Source: a virus (Duplodnaviria > Caudoviricetes). From it: a stretch of 58,736 nucleotides of DNA. A program made the position numbers and the translations under genes. A model generated the notes under the pieces. That model saw only the letters and a program-made list of their open reading frames with translations. It was not told where the DNA came from and did no database searches. The stretch spans positions 1 through 58,736 of IMG/VR virus record IMGVR_UViG_3300023243_000165, one strand, 5' to 3'. Positions 18,538-26,899 of the stretch are shown in pieces; the first letter of the stretch is position 1, and each line of letters begins with the position of its first letter.

Positions 18538-19010
18538 TATAAATCTACTGCCTTTCCTATTATTGGTTTATATTTAGTTTTACCCTCTTCTCTAAATGCA
18601 TGCAAGAACTGCTTCCTAGGTTTATCTTCAACATAACTACAATGACACCACCCGCTGTTAGGTTCTCCTTTTTTGTAGAACTCGAGAATCATTTGATCAA
18701 AATCAAGATTACTATATATCCAATCGCAGAGCTCTGCATTATCAACTCCTGGACATTCGAAATCAACGGCTTCCGCATCACAGTGCTGACTATTAACTGA
18801 ACTACCGATTGCAACTGATAACTCTGGAGATCTATAACATGATGTCACAACTACAGGACCAAAATGATCTCTGACGGGTTGTAAAATATTATCACACAGT
18901 AATTTTAGTTTTGCTATCTGATCTGAGTTGGGGTTGTTATCTATGCCCTTACGGACAGCAGTGTCGGATTTAATTAATTCTTGAAGAGTGAAATTTCGGG
19001 AAAGATTCAT
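18537..19010 (-). CDS. Peptidase M15-family endolysin
   Basis: 'LSRNFTLQEL', 'SCYRSPEL', 'SQHCDAEAVD', 'WCHCSY' zinc-binding motifs. Confidence 0.9.
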   Translation of the reverse strand: MNLSRNFTLQELIKSDTAVRKGIDNNPNSDQIAKLKLLCDNILQPVRDHFGPVVVTSCYRSPELSVAIGSSVNSQHCDAEAVDFECPGVDNAELCDWIYSNLDFDQMILEFYKKGEPNSGWCHCSYVEDKPRKQFLHAFREEGKTKYKPIIGKAVDL

Positions 19011-19145
19011 TTATTGACAAGATAAACACTCATCGCTGTCACTGTCAAGATCAGCTAGTGCTTCTTGTTTACATTCATCGCTACAGAACATATCAAATTC
19101 TTCTTTAGCTTCGAATTCTTTTGTACATTTTTTACAATTTTTCAT
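19011..19145 (-). CDS. Zinc-finger micro-protein with acidic CxxC tail (44 aa)
   Basis: MKNCKKCTKEFEAKEEFDMFCSDECKQEALADLDSDSDECLSCQ; exactly fills the gap. Confidence 0.75.
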   Translation of the reverse strand: MKNCKKCTKEFEAKEEFDMFCSDECKQEALADLDSDSDECLSCQ

Positions 19146-19333
19146 TATTTACCTCTAACGGAATCGATGAAATTATATACTCTCCCGAATTGCTTATCAA
19201 TAGACATCAAATCAGTTTGAATCATGGTTACTGTTAATTGAAGTTCTATGAGTGTGACAAGTGTCCAGGTAGCGAGTCCCATAAGAATCATACCTAATAA
19301 ACTTATTAACATAGTGTTAGTTTTTCTAGTCAT
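19145..19333 (-). CDS. Small membrane protein
   Basis: N-terminal hydrophobic helix followed by coiled coil. Confidence 0.65.
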   Translation of the reverse strand: MTRKTNTMLISLLGMILMGLATWTLVTLIELQLTVTMIQTDLMSIDKQFGRVYNFIDSVRGK

Positions 19334-19416
19334 AAGGGTGCCACTAATATTGTTAGTATAATAAATCCAATAATTAAAGCTCCTGTAAAATAATAGTTCA
19401 CACTAGCACACTCCAT
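19330..19416 (-). CDS. Single-pass membrane peptide (~23-28 aa)
   Basis: (MECAS)VNYYFTGALIIGFIILTILVAPL; ATGA-coupled. Confidence 0.5.
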   Translation of the reverse strand: MECASVNYYFTGALIIGFIILTILVAPL

Positions 19417-19428
19417 ATTAATTAGAAT

Positions 19429-19542
19429 CTACTTTATAATTGCAATAATTAACACAACTGCAACAATAATTACTGCTGCTTTGTGATCTGTCCAATAATG
19501 CATCGCTGCATCTTTAATTTGTTCTTTAATTTGATCAATCAT
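19429..19542 (-). CDS. Single-pass membrane peptide (37 aa)
   Basis: MIDQIKEQIKDAAMHYWTDHKAAVIIVAVVLIIAIIK; AAGGAG RBS. Confidence 0.65.
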   Translation of the reverse strand: MIDQIKEQIKDAAMHYWTDHKAAVIIVAVVLIIAIIK

Positions 19543-19747
19543 TCTTTACTCCTTTTTTACACTTACATCTTTTACCAGCTAACTTTTCAGCTATCCATTC
19601 ACAGATATCATCCATTGCTCCAAAGAATTTATAACAAAATTTATCTATCATGGTTCTAAAAAATATTCCTAATAAAGTTATTAAAAAAACTAATGATAGC
19701 ATAAGATAAATAAATATATCTACAACACACCAATATATTTTAGACAT
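19535..19747 (-). CDS. Small membrane protein
   Basis: 70 aa, one TM segment, C-terminal RCKCKK. Confidence 0.6.
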   Translation of the reverse strand: MSKIYWCVVDIFIYLMLSLVFLITLLGIFFRTMIDKFCYKFFGAMDDICEWIAEKLAGKRCKCKKGVKND

Positions 19748-19914
19748 TACTTCTTAGCTATTGTGTCTTTATTTACGCCCTTTTTAATAATATAATCTTG
19801 AGTTCCGTTGGCACCTGTTTCTACTTCTTTTTTAAGGCTTCTAAATAAAATCATTTCTTTTACTTTTTTATATTTTGTTTTTAGGAACTGTTCTATTAAT
19901 TTTGAATCTCTCAT
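19747..19914 (-). CDS. Small basic protein (55 aa)
   Basis: MRDSKLIEQFLK...KEVETGANGTQDYIIKKGVNKDTIAKK; coupled at both ends. Confidence 0.65.
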   Translation of the reverse strand: MRDSKLIEQFLKTKYKKVKEMILFRSLKKEVETGANGTQDYIIKKGVNKDTIAKK

Positions 19915-20123
19915 TTACTACCACCAATGTAACCACCAATAACTCCAATTAATCCTGTAACCGACATCTTCATTAAGGTTATTACACTATCATCTACTGG
20001 TCTATTTTCTTCTAATGCTACAATATAATCTCCAACAATAATAGTACCTAATAAAATTAGAACACCACTTGTAATTAATAGTATTACTATGTCTTTAAAA
20101 TTCTTAATCATTAGCACTTCCAT
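19911..20123 (-). CDS. Two-TM membrane protein (holin candidate)
   Basis: Two hydrophobic helices near endolysin; start probably 20111. Confidence 0.6.
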   Translation of the reverse strand: MEVLMIKNFKDIVILLITSGVLILLGTIIVGDYIVALEENRPVDDSVITLMKMSVTGLIGVIGGYIGGSK

Positions 20124-20431
20124 CTTCTTCTAGCCTGTCTTATTCTAGAATTAGGATCATTTCTTGTTTTAGCTGATGCATTTTTTAGTTGACCAAGAGA
20201 TCTTGCACAATAGGACTTTCGTCTTTTTGAAGCTTTACTACCTTTTTTAACCTTACCTGTAACGGCTGTTTTTAATTTTGATCCTGGATTTAATTTTCGG
20301 TAAGCTTTAACACCCTTACGTGTCATTCCTGCACCTGATTTAGTAGAACGGTAATTCTTTTTGTTACGCGCAGGCATACCACCTTTAGCGAAACCGTCGA
20401 TCTCTATACCTAAGTCAGCATAGTAATCCAT
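20111..20431 (-). CDS. Basic conserved protein (DUF6321-like) with FAKGG
   Basis: 'GAGMTRKGV..NPGSKLK..RRKSYCARS..ARRRWKC'. Confidence 0.75.
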   Translation of the reverse strand: MDYYADLGIEIDGFAKGGMPARNKKNYRSTKSGAGMTRKGVKAYRKLNPGSKLKTAVTGKVKKGSKASKRRKSYCARSLGQLKNASAKTRNDPNSRIRQARRRWKC

Positions 20432-20438
20432 GTTCTAC

Positions 20439-20759
20439 CTAATATGTTAATCCTGGCGCTGAATATTTATCAGTTAATAATGTGTAAGCAGCAACATTTG
20501 TTTTTGTTTTACAAAAAATACCTTTTGGGAAAGGTATACCGTCTTCTGGAAAAGAAAAGTTAATCACATCACCTGAAGGTACATCTCCAACAAACAAAGT
20601 TACGCCCGAATTTGAAGTGGTTGTTAATTCTAAAACCCCTGCTCCAACAGCATCGGATGCAATAATAATTCCTCTTAATCTAATTGGCCCTGCAATAATA
20701 GCAGTAGCTCCTGCCGCGGCAGTTGATCTTGTTGCTTGTACGTCGCTTTTATATCCCAT
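20439..20759 (-). CDS. Virion structural protein
   Basis: 'RLRGI..FPEDGIPF..GI' beta protein after MCP. Confidence 0.65.
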   Translation of the reverse strand: MGYKSDVQATRSTAAAGATAIIAGPIRLRGIIIASDAVGAGVLELTTTSNSGVTLFVGDVPSGDVINFSFPEDGIPFPKGIFCKTKTNVAAYTLLTDKYSAPGLTY

Positions 20760-20784
20760 AATAAATCCTATTATAAACTTTAAA

Positions 20785-20811
20785 TATAGGGGCGTAAAGT
20801 ACGCCCCTATA
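20785..20811 (-). terminator. Rho-independent terminator after MCP
   Basis: tataggggcgt-aaagt-acgcccctata 11 bp stem followed by a U-rich tract. Confidence 0.75.
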
Positions 20812-20821
20812 AAGTATCTTA

Positions 20822-21754
20822 TTACGCTCCCGGAGAACCGAAGATTCCTCTAGGATCAGACCAACCGAAGCTGTATCTTTCTCTAGCTTTGAATCTAACG
20901 TTACCCGTGTCGAAATCACCTTCAATAGCTGTTTTGATAGGACTTCTAATGAAGTTCTTCAAGCCATTTGGTGCATCAGTCATAATGAAGAATGCATCAG
21001 TATCAGTCAAGAAGTGGTTAACTCTGTAACCTTCTGGAATCATACCCATGTTCATCATTGCGTTGATGTCGTTTTTCGCAAACGCAGATGATCCACCTGG
21101 AGTTGTAGATAAAGGTGAGTTCATAATTCTCTCAGCAGTAAATTGTAATTCTTTTGGAATTATCATTTTTCTACCTTGAAGAGCTATTTTTAACCCTCTT
21201 TCGTCTACGAACGCCGCGATGTCAATCAACGATTGTTCTAACGATGTTTCAGACAAGTCAGAAGCAGTAGAAAGTTCATTTCTGAACGTTCCACCTGTAG
21301 CTAACGGGTGATCAGTAGTAATAAGTGCTTTACCGTCACCACCATTGTATGAACCACCAGTGTCGAAACCGTTGTTCAAAATGTTAGCTGCTGTGATTTG
21401 TTTTGATTGCGCCATTGATCTAGCAAGAGCTCTTGTATATCTGCCCGCTAATCTGTCGTATAAGTTATCTTCAATCGCCTCTTCTGTGATAGCAAATGCT
21501 AACGCAGTAGTATTGTGCGTGTATCTTGAAGTATATACTTCAGAAGCTTGGTCAAACGTGACCATAGCACCCTCAGCTTTAGTAGCTGCTGTGCCAAACC
21601 CAGATAACATAACTTCTTCTTCAAACGCTCTGTCTGAAGACTCAGTCATGAAGATCTCTGCATGCTCATTGTCGTATCTATTGTATTCCAGGCCGAATAG
21701 TGCATTCAATCCTGGCTCTAGTTCTTTAACTAGTTGTGATCGTGATATAGCCAT
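20822..21754 (-). CDS. Major capsid protein
   Basis: 310 aa 'MAISRSQLVKELEPGLNALFGLEY...KARERYSFGWSDPRG'; follows scaffold and decoration genes; terminator downstream. Confidence 0.92.
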   Translation of the reverse strand: MAISRSQLVKELEPGLNALFGLEYNRYDNEHAEIFMTESSDRAFEEEVMLSGFGTAATKAEGAMVTFDQASEVYTSRYTHNTTALAFAITEEAIEDNLYDRLAGRYTRALARSMAQSKQITAANILNNGFDTGGSYNGGDGKALITTDHPLATGGTFRNELSTASDLSETSLEQSLIDIAAFVDERGLKIALQGRKMIIPKELQFTAERIMNSPLSTTPGGSSAFAKNDINAMMNMGMIPEGYRVNHFLTDTDAFFIMTDAPNGLKNFIRSPIKTAIEGDFDTGNVRFKARERYSFGWSDPRGIFGSPGA

Positions 21755-21770
21755 AATTTATATTCTCCTA

Positions 21771-22349
21771 TTATATGCCTGTGCCTTGAGCATAGAAATG
21801 GTTATTAATTCTAACCAATACATCTACGTTCACGCTTCCAGCAGTTGAACTATTAGTATCTTGCGATATGTCAATTGCTTGAAGAACAGTTCCACTTACA
21901 GTTAAGCCAGAAACACTGTAGTCCATTTGAACTTCAGATATTCCAGATAAAGTGTTACCTGTTGCTGTTGTTATTGCAAAGTTTTTGAAGATGTCCGCAA
22001 CTGCGAACGCTCCATCAGAGTCAACTGAGTAGACTACATCTGGATCATCAACGACAGTAGCGACAATGTCACTAGCGTTAACTGTTCCTGGATAATAGTT
22101 TTTCCAAGTTGGTTTCTGAGTAGTAGGGTCAGTGTAAAACACTCCGTTAAAAACGCCCACAACAAGATCAGAAGTATTAGCAACCGCTCTTTCGATTCCA
22201 CCACCTGTAACAGGTTTTACCAAGTCACCTTGATAAATTGGCGTACCGTAGTTCGCTGCTATTCTATATCTGTTTTGCGCATTAATAAAAGGAGAGCCAT
22301 CTAACTTTCTTACAGGTCTTAGACCATATTTTTCAGCTGTGTTAGCCAT
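21771..22349 (-). CDS. Capsid decoration/cement-like protein
   Basis: 'YGLRPVR..IYQGDLV..GVFNG..DDPD'; immediately upstream of MCP. Confidence 0.7.
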   Translation of the reverse strand: MANTAEKYGLRPVRKLDGSPFINAQNRYRIAANYGTPIYQGDLVKPVTGGGIERAVANTSDLVVGVFNGVFYTDPTTQKPTWKNYYPGTVNASDIVATVVDDPDVVYSVDSDGAFAVADIFKNFAITTATGNTLSGISEVQMDYSVSGLTVSGTVLQAIDISQDTNSSTAGSVNVDVLVRINNHFYAQGTGI

Positions 22350-22405
22350 AGTTATTTTCTCCGTTTAGTTGTTTACTTTTTTTTGGAGTGAACATTACCA
22401 AATCA

Positions 22406-22876
22406 TTAGGATTTGTTTCCACCACCAAAAGTTACGCGAGATTGTCTATCAATATTGATAGGCATCTCAGGTCGTTGTTCCTTCATGACATCGTTGTCCA
22501 CCGCGTCGATTCTTTCTTGAGTAATTCTTTTGAAATACTCAGCACGGCTTTTAACAATTTCTTCCGGTATCCTTCCCAACACAAGGCCAGCAACCCCGAT
22601 CAAACCTGCGTAAGTTCCCTGAGCTATGACTGGATAATTATGATCACCTGTAGAATTTTTCAATTCTTCTGCTCTCACAAATTCCCAACCTTCCCTCATT
22701 TTTTTAGATACGTTAGCCGTATCTTGAAAACCCATACTCTCGGTTCTTATCCATCTATGACAATAACCGTCTGGCGCAGGTGGTGCATCCAGAGATGATG
22801 GTGGCGTCCATGGTTGTAGTCTCTTTTTTTCGACTTCAACAGACGCGCGCGAAGTTCTATTTATTTTATCACTCAT
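22406..22876 (-). CDS. Conserved head-module protein
   Basis: 'WTPPSSLDAP..HRWIR..REGWEFV'. Confidence 0.7.
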   Translation of the reverse strand: MSDKINRTSRASVEVEKKRLQPWTPPSSLDAPPAPDGYCHRWIRTESMGFQDTANVSKKMREGWEFVRAEELKNSTGDHNYPVIAQGTYAGLIGVAGLVLGRIPEEIVKSRAEYFKRITQERIDAVDNDVMKEQRPEMPINIDRQSRVTFGGGNKS

Positions 22877-22879
22877 TTG

Positions 22880-23875
22880 CTATTCCTCCTTCACGAATTT
22901 AGCGTATTCTTCTAGTGGCACCCCTAATTTTTTGGCAATAGCCACCTGTGACTTGGTGAGTCTCACAGATCTACGTCCCTGCTGGGTTCTACCGGCAGAA
23001 GCAACTTTTTGGACGGGTCTTCGTTGCTCTTGAGTAACGAAACGGTGAGGGAAATTTTCCTTCATTCGTTTGTTTATCTCATTATAATACTCATCGCTCT
23101 CTACATCAACACCTATGCCCACTAGATCTTCGTGCACCGTCATTGCTGCATTGGTCATGATTTTATCATTACCAAACCACGTATTATCACCTGCCCAATC
23201 CCTAGCTCGTGTACTAGGTTGTGCGGGGACTACGTCCTGTTCTGAGTATTTTGGCTCTTCTTTAACGCTATTCTTTTGTTCCTCAAGCTGTTTTAATCTT
23301 GACTCTCTATCGGCAAGTTTAATTCTAGCTTTTTCTTTTTCAATAGATAACCGAACAAGTTCGTCGTTTGATTCCATGATTTTATCTGGATCATTAGTTT
23401 CAATCGCTTCTTTCAGTTTTCTTTTGACTTCTTCTCTTTGAGAATCAACTCTAGCGTCAAATTCAGTTAAGTATTTTTCATCTGCAGAATCATATTTAGA
23501 TTCAGAATCCTCATACTTTTTTTGTAAACCTTTAGCAAAATCTAAAGCTGCCTGTTCTCTTCTTTCAGACTCTCTAAATTTTCTTGTAAGTTTATCAATT
23601 CTCTTTTTGACTTGATCTGAAACTTGAGTAAGGTCTTCTACCTCGCTTTTTGTTTCTTCTTGTGGTTCTTCCTGAACTTCTTCATATGCAACTTTTTCTT
23701 TTGGTTGCTCTTTATCGTGATCAGTATAACCTAAATCAACTTCACCAGAATTTAAATTTGGTTCTTTTGATTCTTCCTGTATAGTTTCTTCAACCTGGAC
23801 GTTTGTTTCCTTTACGTCATCAAGATCAATTTCAACCTCAGGTTGTATGTTAGCTCGCTCCTGTGCATCAGCCAT
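22880..23875 (-). CDS. Capsid scaffolding protein
   Basis: Acidic coiled coil; C-terminal 'VRLTKSQVAIAKKLGVPLEEYAK'. Confidence 0.8.
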   Translation of the reverse strand: MADAQERANIQPEVEIDLDDVKETNVQVEETIQEESKEPNLNSGEVDLGYTDHDKEQPKEKVAYEEVQEEPQEETKSEVEDLTQVSDQVKKRIDKLTRKFRESERREQAALDFAKGLQKKYEDSESKYDSADEKYLTEFDARVDSQREEVKRKLKEAIETNDPDKIMESNDELVRLSIEKEKARIKLADRESRLKQLEEQKNSVKEEPKYSEQDVVPAQPSTRARDWAGDNTWFGNDKIMTNAAMTVHEDLVGIGVDVESDEYYNEINKRMKENFPHRFVTQEQRRPVQKVASAGRTQQGRRSVRLTKSQVAIAKKLGVPLEEYAKFVKEE

Positions 23876-23894
23876 GATGTTTTCTCCTTAACGT

Positions 23895-24356
23895 TTAATA
23901 TAAATGCAGAATATCTTCTGGTTTACTTATGGTTGCGATGATTTCATCATCGTTTAAAATACGGTGCTCACCATATTTTGTTTTAAATCTTGAACCGGCA
24001 TATCTACCGTAGATTACAAATTGTCCTGTTTCACACCAAGGCCCTTTAGGAAATTTATCATTGTCTTGATAACAAAGATCCCCCATCGCAACGACTAAAC
24101 CAACAACGGTTGTCATTTGAATTGTTTCGCTTGCTGTGTCAGTAAAGATAATTCCACCTTTAGTTTTTTTAGGACCTGAATAAGGTCTAACTAAAAGTCT
24201 GTAACCAACTGGTTTCGGTATTAGTTCAAGGTATTTATCAATACCTGCTTTATCAGTAGGTATAGCTGTTTCATTTGAATCAGGTGCAGCCTCACCCTTT
24301 TTTTTAATCCCTATTAAAGGATCCGTTTGTATTATCGTCATCGACATTCTCCTCAT
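23895..24356 (-). CDS. groES: GroES-like co-chaperonin
   Basis: 'PVGYRLLV..KTKGGII..G.VVAMG..RYAGSR..RILNDDEIIA'. Confidence 0.85.
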   Translation of the reverse strand: MRRMSMTIIQTDPLIGIKKKGEAAPDSNETAIPTDKAGIDKYLELIPKPVGYRLLVRPYSGPKKTKGGIIFTDTASETIQMTTVVGLVVAMGDLCYQDNDKFPKGPWCETGQFVIYGRYAGSRFKTKYGEHRILNDDEIIATISKPEDILHLY

Positions 24357-24531
24357 TTCTCTGCAGGTCTTTAAGATCCTGAAGCAGCGTTTCTAATCCG
24401 CTGAGTTTCCCTTTAGCATACTTGAGGTTGTCGATTGTGTCTATACCGTACACTATATCTTCTTTAACTTGTTTAATTTGTTTATTAATATAGTGCTTTA
24501 TAGCGTCTAGTGTATTTAGATCAAGATTCAT
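24304..24531 (-). CDS. Conserved small helical protein
   Basis: 75 aa ORF upstream of GroES. Confidence 0.7.
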   Translation of the reverse strand: MNLDLNTLDAIKHYINKQIKQVKEDIVYGIDTIDNLKYAKGKLSGLETLLQDLKDLQRNEENVDDDNTNGSFNRD

Positions 24532-25081
24532 TTTTTTCTAAACAGATTTTGTTTTCACCCTCTTCTATAACTAAGAAACCAAAATGTGTAAGAGTTTCGT
24601 TTATTAAACTTTGGTTATACTTAGTAAAATCATCAAAAATAAATCTAGTTTTTGGGGCTGCTCTGTTCGCAAACCAAACAGCTTCAGTGATAACATCTTT
24701 AGTCATGTGGGGACCATCAAAATGCACAAATGCAAACTTAGAATCCTTATGTTCTGTATGGTTCATAAATTTTGTATCGGTCATGTTACATAAAGTAAAC
24801 TTACCTTCATTCCTGTAAGAATAAAAATCATTTAGCATTGTATCTCTCATCTGATCCGTGTAATCACAAGTGTAAGAACCTGTGCTATCGTAATGTTGAT
24901 AATTTAAATTACCGTAAGGATCCACACCAACATGAATATAATTATTAATGATATTATCCATAATAATTTTAGAACCAAGCCCTTCACGAACTCCGATTTC
25001 ACATGATTTAAAACCTTGGCAATCGAATCCCTTACTCCATTTAATAAGTAATTCATAATCTGTGCTATCACCTCTAATCAT
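24521..25081 (-). CDS. Class I SAM-dependent methyltransferase
   Basis: 'EIGVREGLGS', 'VDPYG', 'VHFDGPH', 'FDD'. Confidence 0.85.
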   Translation of the reverse strand: MIRGDSTDYELLIKWSKGFDCQGFKSCEIGVREGLGSKIIMDNIINNYIHVGVDPYGNLNYQHYDSTGSYTCDYTDQMRDTMLNDFYSYRNEGKFTLCNMTDTKFMNHTEHKDSKFAFVHFDGPHMTKDVITEAVWFANRAAPKTRFIFDDFTKYNQSLINETLTHFGFLVIEEGENKICLEKNES

Positions 25082-25123
25082 ATAGTAGTTATAGCAACTA
25101 TTTACGTTTTGTAAAGATCTGAA

Positions 25124-25504
25124 CTATTTTCGCTTAATTAGATCTGTTGCTTTAAGTCCATAGACACTCGCAATGACTCCTACGAAAATTGTTTGATACC
25201 AAAAAGGTAGATTTCCAAAATGCAAAAAGAATAATTCCATTTTTTCCATATGTTCGGGATTATCTGACCAGACTGACCATCCCAGCATTACGATTGGAAT
25301 TGACAGCAAAAGCAAAATAAATTCGTCCTTCCAATCAGATTGTCTAGCTTCTAGTAATTTTCCAGAATACTCTAATTGCCCACTACTCATTTTTTGTGCA
25401 TGCATTAACTGTGCATCAGACATTGCTTGTTTAGTCTTCTGACGGTTTGAATATAGGTGAGCTCCAGTTTTTAGGCCCATTCCCAATAGATTTAACCACA
25501 TCAT
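25124..25504 (-). CDS. Holin-like membrane protein (3TM GTA-holin type)
   Basis: 'SDWKDEF', 'LPFWY', 'ASVYGLK'; Met-Met start at 25504/25501. Confidence 0.7.
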   Translation of the reverse strand: MMWLNLLGMGLKTGAHLYSNRQKTKQAMSDAQLMHAQKMSSGQLEYSGKLLEARQSDWKDEFILLLLSIPIVMLGWSVWSDNPEHMEKMELFFLHFGNLPFWYQTIFVGVIASVYGLKATDLIKRK

Positions 25505-25820
25505 AATATTGTTCTTTTCTCCTTTTGCATAAATATGGTAGCATCTCCTCCATAAGGTGTAAAGCACGGTAACCTTTTATAGAAAACCTGTAAATATCTT
25601 TGTAGTGTGCTTTTTCTTTTTTGCTTTTCTTACGAATGTTTCTATTTGTTTTTAAATATCGTTGAAATAGTATAACAACTTCTTCATCGGACATCTGCAC
25701 TTCCAAAACTGCTGCAGGAGTGTGTCCTTCTTTCTTTTTTTGAATTCCGAACCAGCCTTCACCTTCGAATAGCCCTGCTAAGAATATTAATTGTTCTTTT
25801 TTTGTGAGTTCGTCAAACAC
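25431..25820 (-). CDS. Free-standing single-motif LAGLIDADG endonuclease
   Basis: 'FLAGLFEGEGWF', 'LPYLCKRRKEQ'. Confidence 0.8.
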   Translation of the reverse strand: MFDELTKKEQLIFLAGLFEGEGWFGIQKKKEGHTPAAVLEVQMSDEEVVILFQRYLKTNRNIRKKSKKEKAHYKDIYRFSIKGYRALHLMEEMLPYLCKRRKEQYYDVVKSIGNGPKNWSSPIFKPSED

Positions 25821-25826
25821 TCGATC

Positions 25827-26060
25827 TTATAACAGATCTTTTATGTATTCGCTACCTTTTTTTAACTCTATTTCTCCACCTGAGGATTTACCAGGTATAG
25901 ATTTAGGCCCCATATCTTTTAATCTAATTAAACCAAGAACATTACTAGTATTTGCTTCATGTGACATACTAGGATCATATTCTGTTTTCATTAAATTATC
26001 AAAAAGTATTTGCTTCTCTGGATTATTTGCTAAAACTTTTTTTGCTGTACTACTTGGCAT
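25827..26060 (-). CDS. Small GG-motif protein
   Basis: Ends KSSGGEIELKKGSEYIKDLL. Confidence 0.7.
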   Translation of the reverse strand: MPSSTAKKVLANNPEKQILFDNLMKTEYDPSMSHEANTSNVLGLIRLKDMGPKSIPGKSSGGEIELKKGSEYIKDLL

Positions 26061-26190
26061 TTAATAACCTACAAGTTGGACAACCTTTTTTATATTTATC
26101 ATGTTTATTACAATGTGATTTAACAACAAACGGTTCTTGTCTGCTAGGGGTTACTGAATCAACTATAAACTTCCATATTTTTCTTAACAT
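26050..26190 (-). CDS. Small zinc-binding protein (46 aa)
   Basis: MLRKIWKF...HCNKHDKYKKGCPTC. Confidence 0.65.
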   Translation of the reverse strand: MLRKIWKFIVDSVTPSRQEPFVVKSHCNKHDKYKKGCPTCRLLNAK

Positions 26191-26360
26191 TATTTTTTAC
26201 CTTTATGATCACTGTCTTTCATAATTTTACCATTAGGCATTTTGTGATAACCTACTTTTATTTCTTTTTTACTTCCTACTTTTAATTTAATAGGTGGTAC
26301 TTGTGAATTAGGTCCTTTTTTAGGAGCAACAGTTGTTGTAAGTCTTTTATTTTTTATCAT
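26190..26360 (-). CDS. Small basic protein (56 aa)
   Basis: 'LTTTVAPKKGPNSQ..GYHKMPNGKIMKDSDH'; coupled at both ends. Confidence 0.65.
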   Translation of the reverse strand: MIKNKRLTTTVAPKKGPNSQVPPIKLKVGSKKEIKVGYHKMPNGKIMKDSDHKGKK

Positions 26361-26899
26361 AATAAACTTTTATCTACGTTAGATGATATCACAACTTCAC
26401 CACCGTCGTCATAAGATTGAAAGTTACTCAAGAATGGGCTTTTTGCTGGTGCTTTAATTTGTGTTGTTGGTGTTTTGCACGGAGGGTTAGTTCCATCAGG
26501 ACAAGTGTTATTTATACTATTTGAATTATCTCCACCAATTGTTGCAGGACCTGTAGTTTTTTTACCTGTGGTTAACATTTCACCACCAAGGATGTCATCC
26601 TTACGAGCTTCTTTTAAATTTTTATTATTGTAAATACCTTTTGAGATTGCATTAAAACCTGCAGTCAAAGGTCCAATTGTTGGTAGTTGAAAAGCACCAC
26701 TTCTTGCAGTTACTTGATTTGTTTGGTTATTTAGAACATTTCCAGATCCACTCATCGTAGATGTTTTGCCACCTAGGTTTGAATCTCTTCTTCCTACAGA
26801 AGTGTTACCCATAGAAGCACTTTTTGCTTGGTTAGACTCATTACCTGCATCCATACCTCCACCCTTAAATTTTCTAATTTTTCTGTTGTTTGCTTTCAT
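26357..26899 (-). CDS. Low-complexity GG-motif protein
   Basis: FKGGG near N-terminus; ends YDDGGEVVISSNVDKSLL. Confidence 0.7.
   Translation of the reverse strand: MKANNRKIRKFKGGGMDAGNESNQAKSASMGNTSVGRRDSNLGGKTSTMSGSGNVLNNQTNQVTARSGAFQLPTIGPLTAGFNAISKGIYNNKNLKEARKDDILGGEMLTTGKKTTGPATIGGDNSNSINNTCPDGTNPPCKTPTTQIKAPAKSPFLSNFQSYDDGGEVVISSNVDKSLL

Noticed and set aside
25431-25820. Group I intron or intein around the LAGLIDADG ORF
   Set aside because: Flanking genes appear intact, there is no room for an intron core, and no intein splice motifs are present
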